Virus record (IMG/VR): IMGVR_UViG_3300031460_000007 | Coordinates: 1 to 28,254 of that record | Length of the DNA: 28,254 bases | From: a virus | Lineage: Duplodnaviria > Caudoviricetes | Direction: 5' to 3' (one strand) | Part shown: piece after piece, positions 7,477 through 16,549 of the stretch | How positions within the stretch are numbered: position 1 is the first letter of the stretch | How the letters are laid out: every line of letters begins with the position of its first letter | Translations under genes and position numbers: made by a program | Notes under the pieces: generated by a model | Databases searched by the model: none | Told to the model about the DNA's origin: nothing | Seen by the model: only the letters and a program-made list of their open reading frames with translations

Positions 7477-8226
7477 TCACGACCCCGCGATCTTGTAGGC
7501 GACGTTGCTGATGGCCGGCTGGGTGCCCCCGGTGAAATACCCGAACTCGACCGCGAGGACATGCGCCTCGCCGGGGATGAGCGCCGGGCCGAGGTCGTAG
7601 ACGCCATAGGTGGTGGGCGCGGACTCGGTTTGCACCCGCACGGCATTCAGCCAGACGCCGAGATAGAATTGCGCGGCGGCGATCGTGATCGTCGCCGTCG
7701 TCGTGCCCGCCGGCACCACGAACGTGTGCCGCAAGATGATCTCCCCTTGCGGGTAATCGGCATAGGCGGTGATGTTGTCCGCGCCCGCGATCGGCGACGG
7801 CTCATGGGCCAGTTCGGGCGGCTGCCACGCATACGCCTGGAAGTTCGGGCCGGCCTCGAAGTTGCGGTCTCGCCAGTCCGTGCCGCCATAACCGAGCCGA
7901 TTGAGGATTCCGACGCCCGCCGCGCTTACCACGGACCACCCGGACGCCTGCGGCAGCGCCAGCCAGGGCGCGGTCGGCTCCGGCCCGGTCCTGACGCATT
8001 GCAGGAAACTCCCCACGGCGGGACGCGGGCCGTCCCGGTAGATCGCCAGTTTCCGCGCGCCTTCCACGTTGACCGCTACATAGGAGGCCCCAACCGCCGA
8101 CCACTGACTGTTATCGGTGACGACGTAGCGACCGAGCGGGCGCAGCGGGTCGTGCATCTCCGTCAGCGTGGCGACGAATCGCCGCATGGCCTCGTCAGGG
8201 GCGAAGCGCCCGATATCCTGGCTCAT
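7477..8226 (-). CDS. Minor tail protein with probable C-terminal beta-sandwich (sugar-binding-like) domain, 249 aa
   Basis: ATGA overlap with the upstream gene; LRHTF...VWLN...LIPGEAHVLAVE pattern. Confidence 0.65.
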   Translation of the reverse strand: MSQDIGRFAPDEAMRRFVATLTEMHDPLRPLGRYVVTDNSQWSAVGASYVAVNVEGARKLAIYRDGPRPAVGSFLQCVRTGPEPTAPWLALPQASGWSVVSAAGVGILNRLGYGGTDWRDRNFEAGPNFQAYAWQPPELAHEPSPIAGADNITAYADYPQGEIILRHTFVVPAGTTTATITIAAAQFYLGVWLNAVRVQTESAPTTYGVYDLGPALIPGEAHVLAVEFGYFTGGTQPAISNVAYKIAGS

Positions 8227-9407
8227 AAAAAACACTCATCAAGCGTGAATCTCGTGCTCATGGTGCGCTGATCCTGGTTGACGGTGTAGGCGATCTGCCG
8301 GATCACAAACTTCTTGGCGGTCCAGACGATGCCCCGTTGCGGGATCGTGGTGGTCACGGTGACGAGATCGCCGATGTCCGCCTTGAAGATGATCCCCGCC
8401 GTGATCGTGACGTTGCGCCATACACGGCGCTCGTGCGCGTAGACGAGCGGGGCCAGCGCGTCGAGGCTCGGCTGGTCGTCGTAGCGCAGCCCGGAGAGGG
8501 TCAGGCGCGAGCCGGTCGCGGTCGGCGCACCGTCGGTCGGGTAGCGGCTCGTGAGCTGGTCCTGGTAGCTCGTCTGCGCGGTCAGGTTGACCGAGGCGAC
8601 GAGATCGGGGCGCTCCTGCGGCCCCGCGTCGATGCCATACACCATGTCGTCGCTGAAATCGAGCACGGGGGTGCGGAACGGATAGGCCGCGCCCGCGAGG
8701 TTGGGGTGGCTCGTCACGACGAACTGATCGTCGCGCCGGAAAAACACCCACGGTTCGGGCAGCGCCGACCCGGCCAGCCCCTTGATGATGCTCAGGATGT
8801 CGCTCGCCGAGGTCGAGAGTTGATAGAGCGTGATCGCGGGCAGGGCGATCGTCACGCCGCTGCGCGGGGTCAGGTTGGTGTGATTGAAGACGAAGTGCTG
8901 GATGGCGTCCGCGAGCGCGAGCGGCGCGAGGTGGCTGGCGCTCGTGTACCAGTCGATCCCGTAGGAGAGTTGCGCCTGTTGCAGGAAGCGGTGCGATGTC
9001 GCCACCACGAACTGCGTCAGGTCGCTCCCCGCCGTCCGTTGCGGGTGGACCTCCTGCATGTAGCCGCGCAGGAGCGTCACGGCGGCCTGCGGCGCGTTGG
9101 AGTAGTAGGCGGTCCCCGCGATCGTCACGCCGTAATAGGCCGCGAACGTCGCCGGGTAGCGCGCGATGGCGAACGGGCAGGTCCAGCCGTTGCCGTCAAC
9201 GCTGCCGCTCAGCGGGCCGAGCGCGGTGATCCCGTCGAACTCGGTCACGGTGACGGACGCCGCGATGTCGGACGGCGGCGGCGCGGCGGTGTCATCGCCG
9301 TACAGATCTACGTCCATGACCCCGAACTGGCGCGGCGAAAACAAGCTGAATTGCAGCCGGTAATCGCTTGTACTGTGCCCGAGGAGCATCGCGTCAGGTG
9401 TTGGCAT
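8223..9407 (-). CDS. Tail-tip hub (Tal-like) protein, 394 aa
   Basis: Position after the Dit-like gene; C-terminal DIGDLVTVT...FVIRQIAY...TRFTL hub-like motif. Confidence 0.65.
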   Translation of the reverse strand: MPTPDAMLLGHSTSDYRLQFSLFSPRQFGVMDVDLYGDDTAAPPPSDIAASVTVTEFDGITALGPLSGSVDGNGWTCPFAIARYPATFAAYYGVTIAGTAYYSNAPQAAVTLLRGYMQEVHPQRTAGSDLTQFVVATSHRFLQQAQLSYGIDWYTSASHLAPLALADAIQHFVFNHTNLTPRSGVTIALPAITLYQLSTSASDILSIIKGLAGSALPEPWVFFRRDDQFVVTSHPNLAGAAYPFRTPVLDFSDDMVYGIDAGPQERPDLVASVNLTAQTSYQDQLTSRYPTDGAPTATGSRLTLSGLRYDDQPSLDALAPLVYAHERRVWRNVTITAGIIFKADIGDLVTVTTTIPQRGIVWTAKKFVIRQIAYTVNQDQRTMSTRFTLDECFL

Positions 9408-9874
9408 CAGGTGGCTTCCTCGCCGTAGAGATCGGGCCAGAGCGGGCGGTTATCGGGCGACTCGTGCACCCGCTCGAAATACTGCTTGCCGTCCCGATCC
9501 CAGGCTTGACGTGTCTGCGTATCACGACCGAGCAACCGCGGATCGGCGGTGTGCTGTTCGTTGCGCGGGATCGGTGATGCACTCCCCGCTGTCGGATTCA
9601 GGTTGTGCCACGAAAACCACTCGCCGGTTGCCACCCACTGCCGGTCGATAGGTTGATAGCCGCCACTGGCATATCGAGACGCCCTACGCTCACCACAGGT
9701 CGTGCACTGCTCGTAGCGGTTGGCCTTCGTATCCTTGACCGTCTCCCACTGGTGCAAGGGATGATCCAACCACCGGAAGGATCGCTGCAATAATGACAAC
9801 CGACGCGGCGGCAACAGTTCGCCCTCACGGCCTTGTGGTGGCGGTGGTGGTGGCACTAATCCCATTACCCTCAC
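9407..9874 (-). CDS. Lower-GC inserted hypothetical protein with H...CxxC motif, about 155 aa (alternative ATG 9865)
   Basis: GTGA overlap upstream and TGATG overlap downstream; HQW...CTTCGERR. Confidence 0.6.
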   Translation of the reverse strand: MRVMGLVPPPPPPQGREGELLPPRRLSLLQRSFRWLDHPLHQWETVKDTKANRYEQCTTCGERRASRYASGGYQPIDRQWVATGEWFSWHNLNPTAGSASPIPRNEQHTADPRLLGRDTQTRQAWDRDGKQYFERVHESPDNRPLWPDLYGEEAT

Positions 9875-10311
9875 CCTAGCGCTCCCTGTCCCGGATACAC
9901 GCATTTCAGCAGCACGAGCGACGAGCCGACGAAGACACCGGGCGGCGACCACTTGCCGCGCTTCGGCCAGGCCATGAACGCGGTGAACGTCACGTATTTG
10001 CCCGCCTGGTCGGGATCGGGCCAGGTCACGGTGATGCGCCGCTGATCCCCGACAAGCGCGAGTTTGCTGTCAAAGAGCGTCCTGAGCGCCTGCCACTCGT
10101 CGATGGTCATCCAATCCCAGGTGAGCGTGCGGTTCGGCAACCCCATGAACGCGGGTGCGCCGCTCAGGTAGGTGCCGACCTGGGGCGGCTCCGTCTCGTC
10201 CAGGGAGGTCGGCGTCGGGATATTGAGTTGCCCGTCGAGGATGATATCCGCGCCGATCGCCACCCCTTGCGGGACGTAGGTGCCGAGGGCGGGGACCACA
10301 CGCGCGCTCAT
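9871..10311 (-). CDS. Distal tail protein (Dit-like), 146 aa
   Basis: Size, position, LTWDWMTIDEWQALRTLF...ITVTWPDPD pattern. Confidence 0.6.
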   Translation of the reverse strand: MSARVVPALGTYVPQGVAIGADIILDGQLNIPTPTSLDETEPPQVGTYLSGAPAFMGLPNRTLTWDWMTIDEWQALRTLFDSKLALVGDQRRITVTWPDPDQAGKYVTFTAFMAWPKRGKWSPPGVFVGSSLVLLKCVYPGQGALG

Positions 10312-10321
10312 CGTGCCCTCC

Positions 10322-11758
10322 CTACAGCGCCGGGATACGGGCCGTGCCCGCCACGGTCGAGCGGATCACCAGCGCGTCACCCTTCGTGCCGCCCGTCGCG
10401 GTCGCGGCGGTCACGGCGGTATAGGTCGCGGCGGAGAGCGCGAAGATCGTCCCGCGCGCCGTGCCCGCCGGGATTGCGGCGACCGCCTCGCTCGAGGTCG
10501 TGGTGGTGTTGGTCGTCGCGGGGGTTGCGCCCGTACTCGTCGGCGGTGCGGTCAGCGTCAGCGCCGTGCCGATCGCGGTCGGCGACCCCGCCGCCTGCTG
10601 CCGGGTATAGGTCCCGGTCGCGCCCGCTTGCTGCATGTAGGCGTACCACCCGGTCGCATTGCCGCTGGCAGGAGGTGAGGCGATGGTCAAGGTGCTGGTG
10701 TTGCTCGGGGCGGTCCCGGACGCCAGTGGTGCGGTGCCGGTGTTCGTGGGTGGCGCGGTCAGCGTCAGCGCCGTACCGATGGCTGTGGGGCTACCCACCG
10801 CCTGCTGTCGCGTCGTCGCGCTCGCCGCACCGCCCGCCTGACTCATGTAGGCGTACCACCCGGTCGCATTGCCGCTGGCTGCGGGCGAAGGGATGGTGAT
10901 CGTGCTGGTCGTCCCGGTCGTCGTCACCGTCGCCGCCAGCGATCCGACCGTCTCACCATTCGCGTTGATGTAGGAGACGATCACCTGATACGTGCCCGCC
11001 GCGATCGTGCCGCCAGTCGCCGCCATGGTCGGTGCGGGTGCCCCCGGAGGGGCCAGCGCGCCCCCCGTGGTATAACTCGCGGAGGGACCGGGCAACGTCT
11101 CGCCCCTCGCGGTGACGTAGGCCGTTTCTACCGTATACGCGGCGTTGACCATCATGCCCCCGGTCGCCGCACTCGACAGCACAGGCGCGGCGGGCGCGGC
11201 AAGGCCGGGGCCGCTGCAGGTCAGCGTGAGTGCGGTGATCGCCGCCGCCCCGATCGGTGTTCCGGCCACGACTTCGAGGGTCGTCGCGGTGCCGAGCGGC
11301 GTCCCGGTCGCCAGGGTCGTCGCGCTCGGCGGGTTGAGGGTCGCCGCGCCGACGCGCGGCTTCGCGTCGAGGATTTGGAGTTGCGGCACCGCCGTATACC
11401 CGCCCACCTCGGCCAGCAGATCGGCGAACGCCTGGGAGACGATCGCGGTCGGGTTCGCGGCGAGGTAGGCGAGGATGCCGCCCGTCGCCACCGTGGCATT
11501 GAGCGCGGCGAGCGCCCCACGGAACCAGGCCGGGACGGGCGACCACGGCGCGGCGCTCGCGTTGTGGAGGTCGTCGTAGTCCGCGATCAGGGCGCGCACG
11601 TTGACGGACGCCGCGAGCGCCTGCACGCGCGCGAGGTTGTTCGTCGCCCCGGTCAGCACGTTGCCGCCCGGTGTCGTGCCCGCTAGGGCTTTGAGGTTTG
11701 ACCATTGCAGTCCCAGGCTGTCGGAAATCGCCTGGAAATCGGCTACCGCCAGCGTCAT
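10322..11758 (-). CDS. Thr/Ala/Gly-rich virion protein with repeated Ig/FN3-like modules, 478 aa
   Basis: Duplicated PxASGNATGWYAYMxQAG...TRQQAxGSPTAIGTALTLTAPPT module (210-nt period); ATGA-coupled to the TMP. Confidence 0.7.
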   Translation of the reverse strand: MTLAVADFQAISDSLGLQWSNLKALAGTTPGGNVLTGATNNLARVQALAASVNVRALIADYDDLHNASAAPWSPVPAWFRGALAALNATVATGGILAYLAANPTAIVSQAFADLLAEVGGYTAVPQLQILDAKPRVGAATLNPPSATTLATGTPLGTATTLEVVAGTPIGAAAITALTLTCSGPGLAAPAAPVLSSAATGGMMVNAAYTVETAYVTARGETLPGPSASYTTGGALAPPGAPAPTMAATGGTIAAGTYQVIVSYINANGETVGSLAATVTTTGTTSTITIPSPAASGNATGWYAYMSQAGGAASATTRQQAVGSPTAIGTALTLTAPPTNTGTAPLASGTAPSNTSTLTIASPPASGNATGWYAYMQQAGATGTYTRQQAAGSPTAIGTALTLTAPPTSTGATPATTNTTTTSSEAVAAIPAGTARGTIFALSAATYTAVTAATATGGTKGDALVIRSTVAGTARIPAL

Positions 11759-14721
11759 GCCGCACTCACCCTCTGTATCGCCCCGGTCAATTTATCGAGG
11801 AAAGCGGCCTCGCCGACGCCGTAGTTGTTGACGTTGATGGTGCTCTGTGTCGTGCTCGAACTTGCACCGCCCCCGCCGCTATTGCCGTCCGGGATCTGAT
11901 AGCCACCCGCCCCGCCCGGCGCGTAGGGGTGGAGACTGCCGTCCTTGCCGAGGTAGAGCATGGGGTTCGGACCCGGCCCCGCGTAGTCGGCCGGCTGCCC
12001 GGACGGGGTCGGCGGCAGCGCGCCCGCGCCGTCGCCGTACCCGGAGTCGACGGTACGATCGTGCGTCGGGCCGGGGATCGCGCCCGCGCCGTCGCCGTTG
12101 GGGTTGTCCCCGTTCGGATTGTCGCCGTTCGGGTTGTCGCCGTTGGGGTTGTCCCCGTTCGGATTGTCGTCCTGCGTGCCGCCGCTCGTCGGGCGCATCC
12201 AGATCGGCGTCTGCCCGAACTGCCCCGACGCGGCGATCTCGGCGTTGATCGCCTTGACGGAGGTCAGCAGGGTATTGGCCTCGGTGACCTGGCCCTGCCA
12301 GAAGATCAGGGACTCGCGCGCCGCCGTGATCGATTCGCCGTCCGCCGCCTGGCGGTCCTGCCAGAATTGCGCGGTCGCGGTCGCCACCTCCTGCAAGTCC
12401 ACGATCCGCTGGTTGTCGTCGTCGTGGCGCACCCTGGCCGCGTTGGTCACCGTGTCGATGACCTTCTGACTGTCCTCGATCTGGCGTTGAAAGCCCGCCT
12501 GCACCGCCGCATTGTGCGCGGTCTGCGCGGTGATCTGCGCTTGTAGGGATTGCGTCTGCGCGGCGCTGGCGTCGCTCGCCGCTTTCGCCTTGTCCGCGAT
12601 CCCCTTCTGTGCCTGGGATAGGCCGTAGTTCTCGACCGTGGCGCGCTCGCGCTCTAGCGCAATCTGCGGCTTGGTATTGCGCTCCTCTTGCGCCCGCTCG
12701 CGGCGCAGGGTCGCGGCCTCGCGCAGATCGTTGGTGTCGCGCGACTTGCCGATCTCCGCTAGCCGCTCATCGATCGCGAGGAACTTCACGTCGCGCTGGT
12801 GTTCGAGTTGCCCGACGATCTGGTTATTGAGGTCGATCTGGCGCTGTAGCTCGTCGTTCTGTGATTTGTAGCCGAGCGCGACCGTCGCCGCCGACTCCTG
12901 CACGCTTTTGAGTTCGGCATTGAGCGGGACCAGCGCGGCCACGCCCGCCGCCGCCGCGTCCTTCTGCGCGAAGCCGAGCGCCTTCTGCGCCTCGGTCAGC
13001 CCCCGGATGTTCTCCGCTTCGGCCTTGTCCGCTTCGCTCTGGTTGTGCTGTGCCTCGGTGATCCCGCGCTGCAATTCGCGGTTTTCGCGCGTCGCTTGCG
13101 CGGTGTCCGCGCGCTGCTGTGCTTCGAGCGCATGGATGTCGGCGGTCACCTGCTTGACGCGCAGTTTGTCGGCGGCGAGCGCCTGATAGTCGGCGACCAG
13201 TTCCTTGACCTGTTGCGTCTCGCCGCCCAACGCCTCGGAGATGTCCGCCCACGTCGCCTCGGTCACACCGCCGATCTGGGTTATTTCTGTGGCAAGCCGC
13301 GCAAATGCCGGGAGATAGGCCCGCTCCCAATCGACATCGACCTTGCCGGTCGGGCTCATCCCCTTCATCGCCTCTTCAACGACTTTCTTGAGGTCGTCGA
13401 ACATCGTGATACCGTCCGGCGTCATCCCCTGCACGTAGGCGGTGAGCACATCGGAACCGTAGCCCTTGGCCTTGGCGGCGGCGGCGGGGTCGTCCAGTCC
13501 GGCGGCGGCGGCGTCGGGGATTTTCTTCGCGGCGTCCTTGACCGCCGCCGCGCCCGCGTCGATGCTCGCCTGGGTGTGGCCGATCTGCTCATCGAGCCAC
13601 TTGTTCATCGGGTCGTCGGCGGCGCGATCGTTGGGGATGTCGCGCAGCAGTTCGAGGAAGCCCTTACGGGTATTGAGCGCCCACTCGTAGGTCTTCCGCT
13701 GGGTCGCGTCGAGTGCGTCGCCATACGCCCCGAACACCTTGGGCAGCATCCCGACGATACTGTTCTCGTCTTTCAGCGCGGGGATCAGCGTGCTATTGAT
13801 GTTCTCCGCGAAGTGCGCGCCCACCTTCGCCAGTTCCGCCATCGCGGGCATCAGCAGGGTGCCAACGGTGATCTTCAACCCCTCGAACGCCTCTTGCATG
13901 TCCTTGTGCGCGAGGGTGTAGGTGACGACATCGTGCAGGTTACTGCCGGTCAGCGTCAGCCCGAGCTCCTTGGCCTTCGCGCTCAGTTCGGTGATCCCCT
14001 CGCTGCCCTGATTCAGGACGAGGAGCATATCCTTGCCGCCCTTGCCAAACAGCGACATCGCCAGCGACGTCTTCTCCTGGCCATTCGACAGCTCCTTGAA
14101 TTTGTCGGCGACTTTCAGCAGGGTGTCGTCCATCGGCAGGAGTTTGCCGTGCGCATCGTGGAAGTCCACGCCCAACTGCTTCATCGAGTCGGAGAACTTC
14201 TTGCCGCCCGTTATCCCTTCGTCGGCGGCGAGTTGGTAGCCGCCCATCTGCTTACTGAACAGCCCGAGTTCCTTGCTGGCGTCCGCGCCGTTCACCCCGA
14301 AACGGGCGAACACGGAGATCAGCGCGCTGGTCGTCTCGGCGGACATCCCCGTTTCGCGCGAGAGTTTCAGCGTTTCCTTGCCGAGTTCCATCGTGGCCTC
14401 GACCGCGCTATGCCCCGCGAGCGCGAGCGCCCCGAATCCGGCGGTCGCGGCGGCGGCGGGCGTGACGAGCGCGGCCAGCCCACCGCCCGCGCCGAGTTCG
14501 GTCGCGGCGGTGCCGAGCATCCCCGCGCCACCCCCGACCATCCCGCCCAGCTTTTCCAGGTTCAGACCGGAGGCGGTCGAGGCGAGTTCGATCAACTTGG
14601 CTTGCAAGCCCTCGAACGAGTGTTCGAGCATCCCGACCTGGGCCTCGGTCTTCTGGAAGTCGGCCCGCGCGTTCGAGCCGTCTCCCACAGTTTCTACACG
14701 GAGTTGCGTCTTGTTAGACAT
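11755..14721 (-). CDS. Tape measure protein, about 988 aa
   Basis: Longest ORF, Ala/Gly-rich and helical, AMSLFGKGGKDML motif, coiled coils, follows the tube and chaperone genes. Confidence 0.9.
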   Translation of the reverse strand: MSNKTQLRVETVGDGSNARADFQKTEAQVGMLEHSFEGLQAKLIELASTASGLNLEKLGGMVGGGAGMLGTAATELGAGGGLAALVTPAAAATAGFGALALAGHSAVEATMELGKETLKLSRETGMSAETTSALISVFARFGVNGADASKELGLFSKQMGGYQLAADEGITGGKKFSDSMKQLGVDFHDAHGKLLPMDDTLLKVADKFKELSNGQEKTSLAMSLFGKGGKDMLLVLNQGSEGITELSAKAKELGLTLTGSNLHDVVTYTLAHKDMQEAFEGLKITVGTLLMPAMAELAKVGAHFAENINSTLIPALKDENSIVGMLPKVFGAYGDALDATQRKTYEWALNTRKGFLELLRDIPNDRAADDPMNKWLDEQIGHTQASIDAGAAAVKDAAKKIPDAAAAGLDDPAAAAKAKGYGSDVLTAYVQGMTPDGITMFDDLKKVVEEAMKGMSPTGKVDVDWERAYLPAFARLATEITQIGGVTEATWADISEALGGETQQVKELVADYQALAADKLRVKQVTADIHALEAQQRADTAQATRENRELQRGITEAQHNQSEADKAEAENIRGLTEAQKALGFAQKDAAAAGVAALVPLNAELKSVQESAATVALGYKSQNDELQRQIDLNNQIVGQLEHQRDVKFLAIDERLAEIGKSRDTNDLREAATLRRERAQEERNTKPQIALERERATVENYGLSQAQKGIADKAKAASDASAAQTQSLQAQITAQTAHNAAVQAGFQRQIEDSQKVIDTVTNAARVRHDDDNQRIVDLQEVATATAQFWQDRQAADGESITAARESLIFWQGQVTEANTLLTSVKAINAEIAASGQFGQTPIWMRPTSGGTQDDNPNGDNPNGDNPNGDNPNGDNPNGDGAGAIPGPTHDRTVDSGYGDGAGALPPTPSGQPADYAGPGPNPMLYLGKDGSLHPYAPGGAGGYQIPDGNSGGGGASSSTTQSTINVNNYGVGEAAFLDKLTGAIQRVSAA
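12094..12168. repeat. 15-nt tandem repeat x5 encoding (DNPNG)5
   Basis: Five units in A-B-C-A-B order differing only at synonymous positions. Confidence 0.9.
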
Positions 14722-14938
14722 CGACACCCCCGAGCGTCAGGTCGATGTCGAGGACGTGCAGTGCGCAGACAGCGCCCCAGGTGCGGGTGCGGTCCTCGCG
14801 GCTGGCCGCGATCCAGTACAGCCCCGCTTGCAGCGCCAGCGTGGGCGCGGCGAAGTCCACGGCCAGGAGATTCAGCCCGGTCGCCTGCTCGATGGCGACC
14901 GCCTCCCCCACGGTCAGGCTGTTCGGGTCGAGCCGCAT
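14714..14938 (-). CDS. Tail assembly chaperone, 74 aa
   Basis: LTVGEAVAIEQATG...LYWIAASR pattern; immediately before the TMP; GGAGG SD. Confidence 0.65.
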   Translation of the reverse strand: MRLDPNSLTVGEAVAIEQATGLNLLAVDFAAPTLALQAGLYWIAASREDRTRTWGAVCALHVLDIDLTLGGVDV

Positions 14939-15466
14939 CTAGCCCTCCGTGTGATTGGCGTTGACGGTACGCGCCAGGAACCGTTCGAGCGACTCCGCGT
15001 AAGCGTCGATGATCTTCGGGACCGCCGCGCGGATCGTGGGGTAAAAGAAATACCCGGCGCTCCCGCCGCCCAGTCGCGGTGAGGCGGGCGGGAACTGCTT
15101 GTGGCGGATCGAGCCGAACTCGTAGCCGACCATCCATCCTTTCGTGCGCGCGGTCGAGCCGTAGAGGATCGCGCTGCTCGTCTGCGTCGCCACCGCGCGC
15201 ACGCTCGCCACCGCGTCGGCCCAGTGCTGCTTCGAGTGGCCCGCCCGTGCGTTGTAGCCACTCGTCGGCTTGTGCGCCGCCGCCGCCGCGCGCACGGGCG
15301 GGACCAGCACCTCCTCCACCACACGCTTATTCGTGTCGCGCAACTCGCCCGGCAGCCCCGCGTCGAGGTCACGGAGGAGTTTGCGCAGGTCTTTCATCCC
15401 CACGACTTTCAGCGCGAGGTTCGTGGTCCTGACGGTCCCGGCGCGCGGCGGGCGCGGTGCGCTCAT
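14939..15466 (-). CDS. HK97 gp10-like tail completion/neck protein, 175 aa
   Basis: VVGMKDLRKLLR...YEFGS...YFFYPTIR pattern, basic composition. Confidence 0.7.
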   Translation of the reverse strand: MSAPRPPRAGTVRTTNLALKVVGMKDLRKLLRDLDAGLPGELRDTNKRVVEEVLVPPVRAAAAAHKPTSGYNARAGHSKQHWADAVASVRAVATQTSSAILYGSTARTKGWMVGYEFGSIRHKQFPPASPRLGGGSAGYFFYPTIRAAVPKIIDAYAESLERFLARTVNANHTEG

Positions 15467-15498
15467 GCTGCTCCCTCGTTACGGCGTCGTGTCAAGCA

Positions 15499-16449
15499 TC
15501 AAGGAGCGCTGTCAGCTGTTTGATACGCCAGCGTGATCAGCGGGCTGCCCGGCGTCAGGAGCGCCTTGAACGGGATCGTCTGGCGCACGAGGTCGGAACC
15601 GGCGATCGCGGGGTTGGCCCCGGTATACTCGATGGCCGGGATCGTGGTCGTCAGGATGCTCGCGCCGTTGGTGTGCGTCATCGTCAGCGCGGCGACCGCG
15701 CCGCTGATGAATTTGTTGTAGACGGTCATATCCTCGAACTCTTTGTCGAGTTGGCCCGTGACCGCGTGCTCGCCGTTGGCGATCGGCTGCGACTTCTGAT
15801 TGCCGAGGTAGCGCCGGTCCATCGCCATCGCCCGCGTGCCCGTGATCTGCACGGTGCGGAGGTTGGCCGAGACGCCATCGAGCGAGATCGCCGCGTCGAG
15901 GAACGCCAGCGGGGCATTGGCGGCGGGGTAGGACGCGACCGCGAGCGCCGAGGCCACGTCGTTGATGTTGGTGAAGTCGAAGGTCAGGCGGAGCTTCAGG
16001 TTCTGGTCCATCTGCTGATCGAGCATCCAGGTATGGATTTTGCCGCCGGTGTAGTTGAAGGGCACGACGACGCCGTTCGTCTGCGGCTTGCCGACCTGCA
16101 CGGTCAGCGACGACCCTTGCAAGCCGACGCCATCCGGGGTCGCGGTGTGGGTGAACGGTGCGGCGGCCCCCGCCGTGACGATCGTGCCGAGCATGTTCTT
16201 GAGCAGGATACCCATGCCCGACGCCATGAAATCCACTTCGATCTGGCCGTTATAGTTTTTGATGTAGGCGCGGCGGCGGGTGGTGCGGACGAACTGATCG
16301 CCCAGTCCGCGCGTCTGCAACGACGGACGATCGGGGACGATCCCCTCCGTGAGGAACTCCAGGAAACGGGTGGGGGGGGTGAACACCCCGTACCCCACGC
16401 CCTCTTGTGCTATTCCCACTTGTGAACTTAGTCCACTCCCAAATGGCAT
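15499..16449 (-). CDS. Major tail tube protein, 316 aa
   Basis: MPFGSGLSSQVGIAQE...YG...PTRFLEF start typical of siphophage tube proteins; GGGAGGGG SD before ATG 16449. Confidence 0.85.
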   Translation of the reverse strand: MPFGSGLSSQVGIAQEGVGYGVFTPPTRFLEFLTEGIVPDRPSLQTRGLGDQFVRTTRRRAYIKNYNGQIEVDFMASGMGILLKNMLGTIVTAGAAAPFTHTATPDGVGLQGSSLTVQVGKPQTNGVVVPFNYTGGKIHTWMLDQQMDQNLKLRLTFDFTNINDVASALAVASYPAANAPLAFLDAAISLDGVSANLRTVQITGTRAMAMDRRYLGNQKSQPIANGEHAVTGQLDKEFEDMTVYNKFISGAVAALTMTHTNGASILTTTIPAIEYTGANPAIAGSDLVRQTIPFKALLTPGSPLITLAYQTADSAP

Positions 16450-16549
16450 TCTACAGCCCTCCCATGCTATACTTTTGGCAACAGAAAGCCGCGCCGGTGC
16501 TGCAAACACCGCGCGGCGCGACACCCCGAACTCGTGTCAGGAGTTCCGA
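16444..16549 (+). promoter_or_regulatory. HNH promoter and structured 5' leader, copy A
   Basis: TGGCAT (16444-49), TGcTATACT (16465-73), hairpin 16488-16517, GCGAC, SD-covering stem gaactc/gagttc. Confidence 0.75.

Noticed and set aside
14714-14745. Programmed -1 frameshift of the tail assembly chaperone
   Set aside because: No room for a G-T extension before the TMP and no convincing XXXYYYZ site; the G-run is better explained as the TMP SD
13045-14964. 639-aa plus-strand ORF and many other long overlapping ORFs (e.g. 8337-9428, 15457-16425, 18628-19824, 22038-23129, 25672-26628)
   Set aside because: Antisense or alternate-frame shadows of clear phage genes, expected at this GC content; no SD, motifs or coupling
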